From an uncultured Anaerolineaceae bacterium (GTDB lineage: Bacteria; Chloroflexota; Anaerolineae; Aggregatilineales; Phototrophicaceae): DNA of 64,000 nucleotides. The notes beneath the pieces were generated by a model. That model did no database searches, had not been told where the DNA came from, and saw only the letters and a program-made list of their open reading frames with translations. Below are positions 25,345 to 33,743 of this stretch, piece after piece. Made by a program: the position numbers and the translations under genes. The stretch spans positions 2,603 to 66,602 of the forward strand of contig CAZDVL010000001.1 of NCBI GenBank assembly GCA_964508745.1, read 5' to 3'. The stretch's first letter is position 1; the number at the start of each line of letters is the position of its first letter.

Positions 25345-26130
25345 TCACGCCAGATAAGCGTCGCCAAATGTGCTCTGGGCGAACACTTCAACGAGCGGCG
25401 CGCTGTCGTCGGCGCCATGCGCCACGAACACGCCCGGTTCAACTTCTGCGTAGCGGTTGGGGTCGGCGCTGACCCTGAAGAAGCGGCTGCGCCTGGCGTG
25501 AACGACGGCGCGGCAGCCGTGCGGCGTGATCACCTGGACGGCGCCAAAGGCAGAGCGCAGGCGCAGCGGCCCCAGGGATTCCTGCGGGCAGACGAGGCGG
25601 ATGTCGCCCAGCCCTGTGCCGATCACGGCTTCCTCGACGATCAGGCCCGACAGATCAAAATTGACCTGGCCGAAGTGCGTGCTGACGAAAATCTGCCAGG
25701 GCAGGTCGCGCGCCAGGCCCATTTCCCAGTCGGCGAACGAAAGCCAGGGGACGGCGCTGCGGTCCATTCTGACGTAGGCGCGCGTGCCGTTGACGCTCAT
25801 GTGCGGGCGCGACTGCCCGGCGTACTGGCCGGCGATCAGGCGGCCTTCGCGCTGGAGCGCGCGCGCCTGCACGTCAATTGGCCCGGCGCTGATGTCGAGC
25901 GTCGCGGCTTCGACGCTGCCGCGCGTCACGCCGAAGGTTTTGCTGTCAGCGTCGGGCAGCAGGTCGCCGCGGAGCAGAATCTGCGCCCCAATGACGACCA
26001 GCAGCAGCGGCCAGAGCCGGGCGGGGTTGAAGCCTTCCAGCAGCAGGAAGTTGTCCAGCAGCAGGACCAGGCCGACAGCGGCGAGCGCCAGCGGCCACAG
26101 CCAGGGACCCCGTGAACCCTTGGCCTGCAC
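25345..26130 (-). CDS. LiaF-like / DUF4097-type envelope-stress-associated membrane protein
   Basis: It has two N-terminal TM helices (PWLWPLALAAVGLVLLLDNF and LWPLLLVVIGAQILL) and then a beta-rich domain. The assignment is by overall pattern only. Confidence 0.55.
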   Translation of the reverse strand: MQAKGSRGPWLWPLALAAVGLVLLLDNFLLLEGFNPARLWPLLLVVIGAQILLRGDLLPDADSKTFGVTRGSVEAATLDISAGPIDVQARALQREGRLIAGQYAGQSRPHMSVNGTRAYVRMDRSAVPWLSFADWEMGLARDLPWQIFVSTHFGQVNFDLSGLIVEEAVIGTGLGDIRLVCPQESLGPLRLRSAFGAVQVITPHGCRAVVHARRSRFFRVSADPNRYAEVEPGVFVAHGADDSAPLVEVFAQSTFGDAYLA

Positions 26131-26135
26131 GGTTC

Positions 26136-27413
26136 TTACTCCTCGTACAGATAGTCGCGCAGAATCACATGGGCTGAGGACTGGCGCAGCCGGTTGAGCG
26201 CCTGCGCCTCAAGCTGGCGCACCCGCTCGCGCGTGACGCCGATCGTCTGGCCGACTTCCTCCAGCGTGTAGACGCGCCCATCCTCCAGCCCGTAGCGCAG
26301 GCGCAGTATCTGCGCTTCGCGCGCGGGCAGCCGGTTGAGCGCCTGTGTAAGCTGCTCGTGCAGCAGGTGTGTCGCCACTTCCTCGGCGGGCGCCGGGCTG
26401 GAAACGTCCTCGACAAAGTCGCCGAATGTGGAGTCGCCTTCTTCGTCAATCGGCGTCTCCAGGCTCACCGGGCGCCGGGAAATTTCCATCAGGTCCTCGA
26501 TCTTGTCCGGCGTGGTTTCCATGCCCAGCGCCAGCTCGTCAATCGTGGGGTCGCGCCCCAGCTCCTGCGTAAGCTGAAGCTGAATGCGGCGCATCCGGTT
26601 GAGCTGGTCGCCCATGTGGACGGGCACGCGAATGGTGCGCCCCTGGTCGGCCACGGCGCGGCTGACCGCCTGGCGAATCCACCAGGTGGCGTAGGTGCTG
26701 AACTTGTGCCCGCGCTGGTATTCGAACTTGTTGGTGGCGCGGATCAGGCCGATGTTGCCTTCCTGAATCAGGTCCAGGAACGGCACGCCGCGCCCGATAT
26801 ACTTCTTCGCCACGCTGATCACCAGGCGGGCGTTGGCGCGGATGAGGTGTTCCTGGGCCGCGTCGCCGTCCATGATCGTTTCGCGCAGGTCGTAGGCTTC
26901 GTCGAACGGCAGGCTGTCGCCGTATTTCTCAAGCGTTTTGCGCGCGAAGACGGCCGCTTCCATGCGCTGGGCCAGCTCGACTTCCTGCTCAGCGGTCAGC
27001 AGCGGGACGCGCCCGGCCTCCTTGAGGTAGAGGCCGACCACGTCGTCGGTGTCGATGGCCTGCTGGTAGCCCAGGTCCTCTGTCAGGTCGTTGGCGTCGG
27101 GCAGCCAGTCGTCCTCGTCGTCCTGGCTCTCCTCGTCGTCGTCGTCGAGGACGACCAGGTCTTCGTTGAGGTCCTCTGGCAGGCCCTCGGCCGCGTCGTC
27201 GAGGTTGATCTCGTCCGGCTCGGACGGCTCGCGCGCTGGCACCACCTCGATGCCGGCGTCGAGCATTTCTTCCATGATGTCGTCAAGCAGCGCAATATTG
27301 CGCTCGGCATCCGGGATAACCAGCAGGATGTCGTCGTAGGTGATCGTGCCCTGTTTGCGGGCCTTTTCGATGAGCTGCGTCCGCAGCGCTTCGTGATTCT
27401 GTTCTTGAACCAT
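26136..27413 (-). CDS. rpoD: RNA polymerase sigma-70 factor, primary-like (RpoD/SigA)
   Basis: It has an acidic N-terminal region. Region 2 reads [36 protein letters not shown], region 3 is present, and region 4 reads [26 protein letters not shown] chose the start MVQEQNHE... (27413); the track start is 27434. Confidence 0.9.
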   Translation of the reverse strand: MVQEQNHEALRTQLIEKARKQGTITYDDILLVIPDAERNIALLDDIMEEMLDAGIEVVPAREPSEPDEINLDDAAEGLPEDLNEDLVVLDDDDEESQDDEDDWLPDANDLTEDLGYQQAIDTDDVVGLYLKEAGRVPLLTAEQEVELAQRMEAAVFARKTLEKYGDSLPFDEAYDLRETIMDGDAAQEHLIRANARLVISVAKKYIGRGVPFLDLIQEGNIGLIRATNKFEYQRGHKFSTYATWWIRQAVSRAVADQGRTIRVPVHMGDQLNRMRRIQLQLTQELGRDPTIDELALGMETTPDKIEDLMEISRRPVSLETPIDEEGDSTFGDFVEDVSSPAPAEEVATHLLHEQLTQALNRLPAREAQILRLRYGLEDGRVYTLEEVGQTIGVTRERVRQLEAQALNRLRQSSAHVILRDYLYEE

Positions 27414-27625
27414 CAGCATGATTGATCTGCACACACCAATTAGACACGTAAAGCCTTGCTATCGCATCTATCAGCAAGGCATTCAAAAACCGAACTGCCG
27501 CTATCAATCAACCGGGAATAGTATGACTCAAAACTGCGTGGTTGACGAATTAATCTAGTGAAGTCGTTACCGAAGCGCCCTTTTTCAGAGGCAACTGTCT
27601 ACAGTAACGGTATTCGGTTTGTTTG

Positions 27626-28219
27626 TCAAGCAAGCGGCGGCGATTGGATATAGCCATCCAAAAAATCTACCGGGCCGCGCTCCAGCAGGTAGATTTCATC
27701 GCGCTCATCCACCAGCGCGAAATAGGCGCTGCCGTCGGGCGTGAGGCTGCCGACTGCGATCGCGTGGCCGCTGCCGTCGGTTAAGACGATCTGAAACAAT
27801 AGACGCGGCGTCTCTGTGAATCCATACGCGCTGAGGTCGGTGTCCGGCGCGAGATTGACGCTCCGCCCGTAGGGCAGCAGCGCGAACGTGCGCGCGATGG
27901 CGCTGGCGGCCTCTGCGTTGAGCGTGCCGGCGGCGTCCGGCGCGGCCCACTGGCCGTCCGGCCCGCGGCTGAGCGTGAGCGACTGCCCGGCGGCAGCGTC
28001 TTCCAGGCGGATCGCCTGAATGTCGCGCACGGCGAGTTCAGGAAAGACGCGCAGCAGCGTGCCGGTGGGGACTGGCGACACCGCCAGGGTGGCGGTGGCT
28101 GTCGGCGTGTCGGGCGGGGCCGGCGGCGGTTGGCCGCCTTGCAGCAGCACGAGCGCGACCAGCGCGGCAAAAACCGCCAGCAGCGCCGGCAGCAGCGGGA
28201 GGGCGCGCCTGCGTTTCAT
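27626..28219 (-). CDS. DUF4340-like protein (accessory to the GldG-type ABC system)
   Basis: It has an N-terminal TM helix followed by ...IQAIRLEDAAAGQSLTLSRGPDGQWAAPDA...YGFTETPRLLFQIVL...YFALVDERDEIYLL. Its start overlaps the stop of the upstream gene. Confidence 0.65.
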   Translation of the reverse strand: MKRRRALPLLPALLAVFAALVALVLLQGGQPPPAPPDTPTATATLAVSPVPTGTLLRVFPELAVRDIQAIRLEDAAAGQSLTLSRGPDGQWAAPDAAGTLNAEAASAIARTFALLPYGRSVNLAPDTDLSAYGFTETPRLLFQIVLTDGSGHAIAVGSLTPDGSAYFALVDERDEIYLLERGPVDFLDGYIQSPPLA

Positions 28220-29865
28220 CGCCGCGCCGCCCGGCGACGCCAGACGGCCAGCCCGACGAGCAGCGCCGCGCCCGGCATCAGGACCGCCGTGACCAGCGCG
28301 ATCAGGTCAAGCTGCTGCGTCGTCACGTAGATCAGCGGCAGCGCGGTTGTAAACCCCTGCGTCGAGAACCCGATCTGGTCGCTGAGGCCGGTCAGCCAGG
28401 AGAGGCCGTCGGTGAACAGGATTGCGTTGCCCAGGCTGCCGCTGATATAGCCGTTGGTGACAAAGTCGCTGTCGCCGATGAGCAGAATCTTCGCGCCGGT
28501 GGTCTGATCCCAGGCCCACCCGGCGATCACCTGCGGTCCGGGCCGGTCGCTGGCCGGGTCTGGCTCGTAGGCGCCGGTTTCCGCCAGCGTGGACAGGTCG
28601 GTTTCGCCGTAGCTGTTGGGCGACGACATAATAATGAAGCCGCTGTTGACCGGCGGGCTGTCGCTGTTGATGTCGAGGCTGCGCGCCAGCCGGAACAGGG
28701 TAGGGGCTTCTTCGGGGTCCAGCCGGGCGGCGATGTCTACGCCGGTGGCGACGGCGGCGCCGATGACATCGAGCGGCGTGCGGATGCTGGAGGTGTAATC
28801 GACGATTACCGCATCCTCCACGCGCAGGCCGTAAGCCGACCACAGATAATCGTTCAGCAGGCTGTTGGCCCCCAGCACCGGGTCGCTGCTGAACTGGATG
28901 TCGGCCAGGATGAGCAGCGCGCCGCCCTGCTTCAGGTAAGCGTCGAGCAGCGCCAGCTCCGCCGGCCCCGGCTCGACGGTTGGCCGGGCGATGATGATGG
29001 CGGCCGCGTCGTCCGGGATGGGGCTGCCGGCGGCGGCCAGCGCCGCCAGGTCCAGCGCCGCGGTGGTGAGGCCGCTTTCCTGCATCCCCAGGTGAACGGC
29101 CGACAGGCCCTGCTGCGACGTGTCCAGCGGGTCCAGCGTGCCCAGGCTGGTCTCGAAATAGACCTTAAACGTCCCGGCGTTGAGCAGGCGGGCGATGGCC
29201 TGGGTGATCTCGCGTTCCTGCGCGCCGTTCGTCTGGCGTGGGATGCGCGCCAGCGTGCTGAAATTCACCGAGCCGTCCGGGTTCAGGTACGACAGGTACA
29301 GCGCGCCGTTGTTCGTGACGCCGAAGCGCTGGGCCAGGGCCGGCTCTTCGTCCGGGTTAATGTACTGGCGGGAGATGCGCCCGTCGCTGGCGGCTTCGTA
29401 GAGGCGGATGATCTGGTCGTCAATTTCGCGCATCTGCACGGCGTCGGAGCCGTAGAAGCCGGTGATGCGGATGGCCTGGTCAACGCCCTGGAGCACGTCC
29501 TGCGTCTGCCGGCTGAGGGTGAAGCGCCGCCCTTCGGTCATGTCGAGCGTGAGCGCGGCGCGCTCCAGCAGGGTGTAGAGCAGCGCCACGATGCCGACCA
29601 GCAGCAGCGCGGAAAACACCGAGGCGGTGGCGTGGCGCGTCCGCCGCCCGCTGACAAAATCCGTCAATTCGCCTGGGGTTAACAGGCCCCAGGCGGCGAG
29701 GCCGAGCGCGCCGGCGGCCAGCAGCGCCCCGATCATGGGCGTGAACGCGCCCTGCCACAGCCAGCCAACCACGCCCAGCAGCAGCCCCACGCCGCCGAGA
29801 TAGCCAGCCCAGCGCCCAAGCTGGCCGCGCCGAATGATGATCGGGTCGCCGTTCATCCGCGCCAC
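28216..29865 (-). CDS. GldG-like ABC-transporter auxiliary protein (ABC_transp_aux)
   Basis: In this 549-aa ORF, N- and C-terminal TM helices flank a large extracytoplasmic domain (FTLSRQTQDVL...ITGFY...LILADIQF...ILLIGDSDFVTNGY). Confidence 0.75.
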   Translation of the reverse strand: MARMNGDPIIIRRGQLGRWAGYLGGVGLLLGVVGWLWQGAFTPMIGALLAAGALGLAAWGLLTPGELTDFVSGRRTRHATASVFSALLLVGIVALLYTLLERAALTLDMTEGRRFTLSRQTQDVLQGVDQAIRITGFYGSDAVQMREIDDQIIRLYEAASDGRISRQYINPDEEPALAQRFGVTNNGALYLSYLNPDGSVNFSTLARIPRQTNGAQEREITQAIARLLNAGTFKVYFETSLGTLDPLDTSQQGLSAVHLGMQESGLTTAALDLAALAAAGSPIPDDAAAIIIARPTVEPGPAELALLDAYLKQGGALLILADIQFSSDPVLGANSLLNDYLWSAYGLRVEDAVIVDYTSSIRTPLDVIGAAVATGVDIAARLDPEEAPTLFRLARSLDINSDSPPVNSGFIIMSSPNSYGETDLSTLAETGAYEPDPASDRPGPQVIAGWAWDQTTGAKILLIGDSDFVTNGYISGSLGNAILFTDGLSWLTGLSDQIGFSTQGFTTALPLIYVTTQQLDLIALVTAVLMPGAALLVGLAVWRRRAARR

Positions 29866-30581
29866 CTGTGCGATTCGACCGCGCGGATGGTAATAAACAG
29901 CGCGATCACGATCAGGCCGGCGTAGAAGGCCGCGTCCTCAGCGCGCACCAGCCCGTAGGCAAACGAGGTTGTGAAGTGGCCCTGAAGCGTGAGCATGTTG
30001 ATCAGGCGGGCCAGCTCCACGTTGGCGACGATCTGCCCGGCCAGGCCGCCCAGGTACAGAATCAGCAGCGCCGCCGTGCTGAGGAAGGCGGCGACAATCT
30101 GGTTTTCGGTGAGCGCCGAGAACAGCAGCCCGACGGCCAGCGCCGCGCCGCCGTACAGCCAGATGCCGATGTAGGCGCTGGCCGCGTGGCCCAGGTCCGG
30201 CTGGCTGATGGCGACCAGGATCGCCAGGTAAACCGCTGTCAGCGCCAGCAGCAGCGTGTAGAAAAACCACGCGCCCAGAAATTTGCCCAGCACGATGTCA
30301 GCGTCGCGCACGGGCGCGGTGAGCAGCAGCTCCAGCGTGCCCTCGCGGCTTTCCTCCGCCAGCAGGCGCATCGTGAGCAGCGGGGCCAGAAACACCAGCG
30401 TGAACGACAGGAACGCGGGGACGACGGCGGGCGACGCCGGGCGAAAGCTGATGCTGATGACCAGGTCGTTGTTGAACACCAGCGCCGTCAGCAGCAGGAA
30501 GCCGGCCATGAGCAGGTAATACAGCGGGGTGGCGAAGTACTGCCCCGTTTCGCGGCGGAAAACGATCCAGACGGCGCGCAT
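29853..30581 (-). CDS. ABC-2 type transporter permease (GldF-like)
   Basis: This is a 242-aa ORF with six hydrophobic helices and the EESREGTLELLLTAP motif typical of ABC-2 permeases. Its ATG overlaps the stop of the ATPase gene. Confidence 0.8.
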   Translation of the reverse strand: MRAVWIVFRRETGQYFATPLYYLLMAGFLLLTALVFNNDLVISISFRPASPAVVPAFLSFTLVFLAPLLTMRLLAEESREGTLELLLTAPVRDADIVLGKFLGAWFFYTLLLALTAVYLAILVAISQPDLGHAASAYIGIWLYGGAALAVGLLFSALTENQIVAAFLSTAALLILYLGGLAGQIVANVELARLINMLTLQGHFTTSFAYGLVRAEDAAFYAGLIVIALFITIRAVESHRWRG

Positions 30582-31522
30582 TATTCCTGGCGCGCCTTTC
30601 CCACGACATCGAGGAAGATGTCTTCCAGCGTCATCGCGACCGGGCGCAGCTCCAGCAGGCGGCAGCCGGCCTGTGCCGCCGCCTGGGCGACATCGGCGCG
30701 GGCGTCAGCGCCGGGCTGGATGCGCAGCGTGTAGCCTTCGCCCTGCGGCTGGACCAACTCGACGCCGGGCACGCCCGCCAGCAGGTCGCGCGCCCGCACG
30801 CCTGGCGCGCATGTGATGGCGACGTACAGGTGCGCGCCGGGCTGAAGCTGCTGGCGCAGCGTGGCGGGCGCGCCCTGGGCGACGATGCGGCCCTGGTGAA
30901 TAATCAGCACGCGGTCGCAGATCTGCTCCGCTTCGGACAGGATGTGTGTGCTGAACAGCACCGTGTGGTCGGCGCCAAGCTGGCGCACAAGCTGGCGCAC
31001 CTCGATCACCTGCTGCGGGTCAATGCCGATTGTTGGCTCGTCAAGGATGATGACTGCTGGGTTGTGCACCAGGGCCTGCGCCAGCCCCAGGCGCTGCCGC
31101 ATGCCTTTCGACAGGTGGCGGATCAGGCTGTCGCGGCGGTCGGCAAGCTGAACGCGCTCCAGCACGCTTTCTACCTGGGCGCGGGGGCGGCGCACGCCGC
31201 GCATCTCAGCCCAGAAGGTGACGTAGCCGCGCACGGTCATGTCGGGGTAAACGGGCACGCGCTCCGGCAGGTAGCCAACGCGCCGCCGGACTTCGAGCGA
31301 GTCGGCGCTAACATCGAAACCGGCGATGGTCGCTGTGCCGCTGGTGGGAAGCATGAAGCCGGTGAGCATGCGGATGGTGGTGGTTTTGCCGGCGCCATTT
31401 GGCCCCAGCAGGCCGACAACCTCGCCGGGGCTGGCGGCGAACGAGAGGTCCTCAACGGCCGGGTACAGGCCGTAACGTTTGGTCAGGTTGTGCGCTTCGA
31501 TCATGATCGGGTCACGCTCCAT
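30581..31522 (-). CDS. ABC transporter ATP-binding protein (GldA-like)
   Basis: Motifs are Walker A GPNGAGKTT, signature LSKGMRQRL and Walker B VIILDEPTIGID. Confidence 0.9.
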   Translation of the reverse strand: MERDPIMIEAHNLTKRYGLYPAVEDLSFAASPGEVVGLLGPNGAGKTTTIRMLTGFMLPTSGTATIAGFDVSADSLEVRRRVGYLPERVPVYPDMTVRGYVTFWAEMRGVRRPRAQVESVLERVQLADRRDSLIRHLSKGMRQRLGLAQALVHNPAVIILDEPTIGIDPQQVIEVRQLVRQLGADHTVLFSTHILSEAEQICDRVLIIHQGRIVAQGAPATLRQQLQPGAHLYVAITCAPGVRARDLLAGVPGVELVQPQGEGYTLRIQPGADARADVAQAAAQAGCRLLELRPVAMTLEDIFLDVVGKARQE

Positions 31523-31693
31523 GTGCGCACCTGCATCCTACCGCCGGGGGGCAGGTGCGTCAAGTAAACGTAAACGATTCTGGACAAGGGTCAGGCGGGC
31601 GGCGGCCGCCCGCGCCAGGGCCGCGATTTTCAGGGCCGGGTTAGACAGACTGCACAAACGCCGCGCAAAAGTGTACAAGATTTCCGCCGCTGA

Positions 31694-31722
31694 TTGACAC
31701 AGCGCTGTGAACGCTTTACACT
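31694..31722 (+). promoter_or_regulatory. Promoter of the arg operon leader: TTGACA-17 nt-TACACT
   Basis: A perfect -35 lies at 31694-31699, the spacer is exactly 17 nt, and a 4/6 -10 lies at 31717-31722. The element is about 230 nt upstream of the argC ATG. Confidence 0.6.
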
Positions 31723-31757
31723 ACCTGCCATTAAGGTGCGGGGTGTACCTGATTGAG

Positions 31758-31865
31758 ATGTCGAACAGTTCTACAGCGGTAAGGATGCCGCGTCGCAGCC
31801 GTCGTCGCCCACAGACCAGTGAGGTCGAGGTGGGCGTTTTGTGCTGGCAGGCCGCGACGGCATAA
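31758..31865 (+). CDS. Candidate Arg-codon-rich leader peptide (35 aa, or 26 aa from ATG 31785)
   Basis: The translation is MSNSSTAVRMPRRSRRRPQTSEVEVGVLCWQAATA*. Codons 31791-31808 read CGT CGC AGC CGT CGT CGC, so 5 of 6 are Arg. The Shine-Dalgarno context is weak for both ATGs. Confidence 0.45.
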   Translation: MSNSSTAVRMPRRSRRRPQTSEVEVGVLCWQAATA

Positions 31866-31891
31866 CACACGAAACGCAGCGAACGAGCGAA

Positions 31892-31926
31892 CCCCTGATC
31901 TCACGCCAAGCGGTCAGGGGTTTTTT
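31892..31926 (+). terminator. Intrinsic terminator (putative attenuator) immediately upstream of argC
   Basis: A 9-bp stem pairs CCCCUGAUC (31892-31900) with GGUCAGGGG (31912-31920), including one G-U. The loop is 11 nt and is followed by UUUUUU (31921-31926). The argC SD AGGAAAGGGGA starts 7 nt later (31933). Confidence 0.7.
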
Positions 31927-31950
31927 GTGGACAGGAAAGGGGACGAAGCG

Positions 31951-32949
31951 ATGCAGCCAGTGCGCGTGGGGGTGTTTGGCGCGGCCGGTTACGCCGGCCT
32001 TGATCTGGTTGAGATTCTGGCGGGCCACCGCCAGGTTGACCTTGTTTTTGCCACGTCAGGCACGTTTGCCGGCCGGCCGGTCCCTGGCACGGCGCTGCGT
32101 TACACCGCCGCTGACGCCGCCGACCTGACGGCGGTTGACGCGGTGTTTCTGGCGCTGCCGCACAGGGTGTCGGCGCCGGTGGCCGCGCGCGCGCTGGCGC
32201 ACGGCGCAAGGGTGATTGACCTGTCGGCGGACCTGCGCCTGAACACGCCAGAGGACTACCAGCGCTGGTACGGCGTGGTGCACCCTAACCCGGAGCTGCT
32301 GCCGGTTCCCTACGGCCTGCCGGAGATCAACCGCGAGCGGCTGCGCGGCGCGAACCTGGTCGCCGCGCCCGGCTGCTACCCGACGACGACGCTGCTGGGC
32401 CTGTTCCCGCTGCTGAAGGCGGGCGCGCTGGAGCCTGAAGCGCCGGTGATCGTGGACGCGAAATCGGGCGTGTCTGGCGCCGGGCGAGAGCCAAAGCCCA
32501 ACACACACTTTGTCGAGGTGTTCGGCAACTTCTCGCCATATAATCCGGGCCGCGCTCACCGGCACGTGGGCGAGATCGAACAGGAGATGGCCCGGCTCGG
32601 CAGGGCGGGCACGCTGATTTTCACGCCGCACCTGCTGCCGGTGGATCGCGGCCTGATGGCGAGCATCTACGTGACGCTGGACGGCGCTTTCTCCAGCGAA
32701 CAGGCGCAGGCGCTCTATGAGGAAGCCTACTGTGACGAGCCGCTGGTGAGCGTGCTGCCGCTGGGGCAGCAGGCCACGCTGCGGCACGTGGTGCGCACCA
32801 ACCGCGCCGCCATCAGCCTGACGCCGGTCACGCCGCGCTACCTGCACATTACCAGTGTGACCGACAACCTGCGCAAAGGTGCGTCGGGGCAGGCGGTGCA
32901 GTGTTTTAACCTGATGTTCGGCCTCGCTGAAACGGAAGGCCTGCTGTGA
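31951..32949 (+). CDS. argC: N-acetyl-gamma-glutamyl-phosphate reductase
   Basis: The protein starts MQPVRVGVFGAAGYAGLDLVEIL and has the active-site motif AAPGCYPTTT. I set the start at ATG 31951, after the SD and the terminator; the track's 31819 start is an in-frame upstream extension. Confidence 0.9.
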   Translation: MQPVRVGVFGAAGYAGLDLVEILAGHRQVDLVFATSGTFAGRPVPGTALRYTAADAADLTAVDAVFLALPHRVSAPVAARALAHGARVIDLSADLRLNTPEDYQRWYGVVHPNPELLPVPYGLPEINRERLRGANLVAAPGCYPTTTLLGLFPLLKAGALEPEAPVIVDAKSGVSGAGREPKPNTHFVEVFGNFSPYNPGRAHRHVGEIEQEMARLGRAGTLIFTPHLLPVDRGLMASIYVTLDGAFSSEQAQALYEEAYCDEPLVSVLPLGQQATLRHVVRTNRAAISLTPVTPRYLHITSVTDNLRKGASGQAVQCFNLMFGLAETEGLL

Positions 32950-33743
32950 CCGGCGCGGCGGCGCTGCCGGTAGTTGTCAAGGTGGGCGGCAACGAGATTG
33001 ACGACGCCGGGTTCCTGGCGGGGCTGGCGCCCGCGCTGGGCGCGCTGGGCGCGCCGGCGGTGGTGGTGCACGGCGGCGGCAAAGAGATTTCGGCGCTGCA
33101 GCAGGCGCTGGGGATTGAGCCGCGCTACCTCGACGGCGTCCGCGTGACCGACGCCGCGTCGCTGGCGGCGGTCGAAATGGTGCTGTGCGGCGCGGTGAAC
33201 ACGCGCGTCGTGCGCCATCTGCTGGCGGGTGGGTTGGACGCGCTGGGCGTCAGCGGCGTGGACCGGGGGCTTATCCGCGCGGAGAAAATGCCGCATCCGC
33301 ACACTGACATGGGCTTCACCGGGATGGTCACAGCGGTGCGCGCGGAGGTCCTGCGCGGCTGGCTGGCCGAGGGCGTGACGCCGGTGATCGCGCCGATCTG
33401 CCTGGGGCCGGACAGCGCCTACAATGTCAACGCCGACCACGCCGCCGGGGCGGTGGCGGCGGCGCTGGGCGCGGCCAGAGTCGTGTTTCTGACGAATGTT
33501 GAAGGGGTTATGATTGACGGAAACGTGATCGGTGCGCTGGATGCGGCGCGCGCGCGCGCGTTGATCGCCGACGGCACGATTTTCGGCGGGATGATTCCCA
33601 AAGTTCAGACCGCGCTGCACGTCCTGGAAATGGGCGTGCCGCAGGCGGTGATCACCAACCTGGCAGGTTTGCAGCGGCACAGCGGCACTGTCTTCACCCG
33701 CGCCGCACACACGACCGGAGAAAGCACCGATGAGCACCACTGA
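32946..33743 (+). CDS. argB: Acetylglutamate kinase
   Basis: Motifs are VVKVGGNEI, VVVHGGGKEI, YNVNADHAAGAVAAAL and GGMIPKV. Its start overlaps the argC stop by 4 nt. Confidence 0.85.
   Translation: MTGAAALPVVVKVGGNEIDDAGFLAGLAPALGALGAPAVVVHGGGKEISALQQALGIEPRYLDGVRVTDAASLAAVEMVLCGAVNTRVVRHLLAGGLDALGVSGVDRGLIRAEKMPHPHTDMGFTGMVTAVRAEVLRGWLAEGVTPVIAPICLGPDSAYNVNADHAAGAVAAALGAARVVFLTNVEGVMIDGNVIGALDAARARALIADGTIFGGMIPKVQTALHVLEMGVPQAVITNLAGLQRHSGTVFTRAAHTTGESTDEHH

Noticed and set aside
27414-27625. The AT-rich 212-nt region upstream of rpoD, with an 8-bp hairpin (GCCTTGCT...AGCAAGGC, 27454-27481), as a possible structured leader or small RNA.
   Set aside because: I could not define a convincing promoter, terminator or conserved motif by eye. 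It most likely holds the rpoD promoter and 5' UTR. Transcript mapping would be needed before calling anything.
31819-31950. An N-terminal extension of argC from GTG 31819, as implied by the 376-aa track ORF.
   Set aside because: The extension would read through the hairpin-plus-U6 terminator and the good SD (AGGAAAGGGGA) that precede ATG 31951. The extension (MRSRWAFCAGRPRRHNTRNAANERTPDL...) has no ArgC-like sequence, and canonical ArgC begins at MQPVRVGVFGAAGYAG.
32946-33743. The short (265 aa) ArgB could be LysZ of a LysW-carrier lysine/arginine pathway.
   Set aside because: The operon contains argJ, the acetyl-cycle enzyme, and there is no small acidic LysW-like ORF or ATP-grasp LysX/ArgX gene in or next to it. 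The classical acetylated pathway is therefore the simpler reading.
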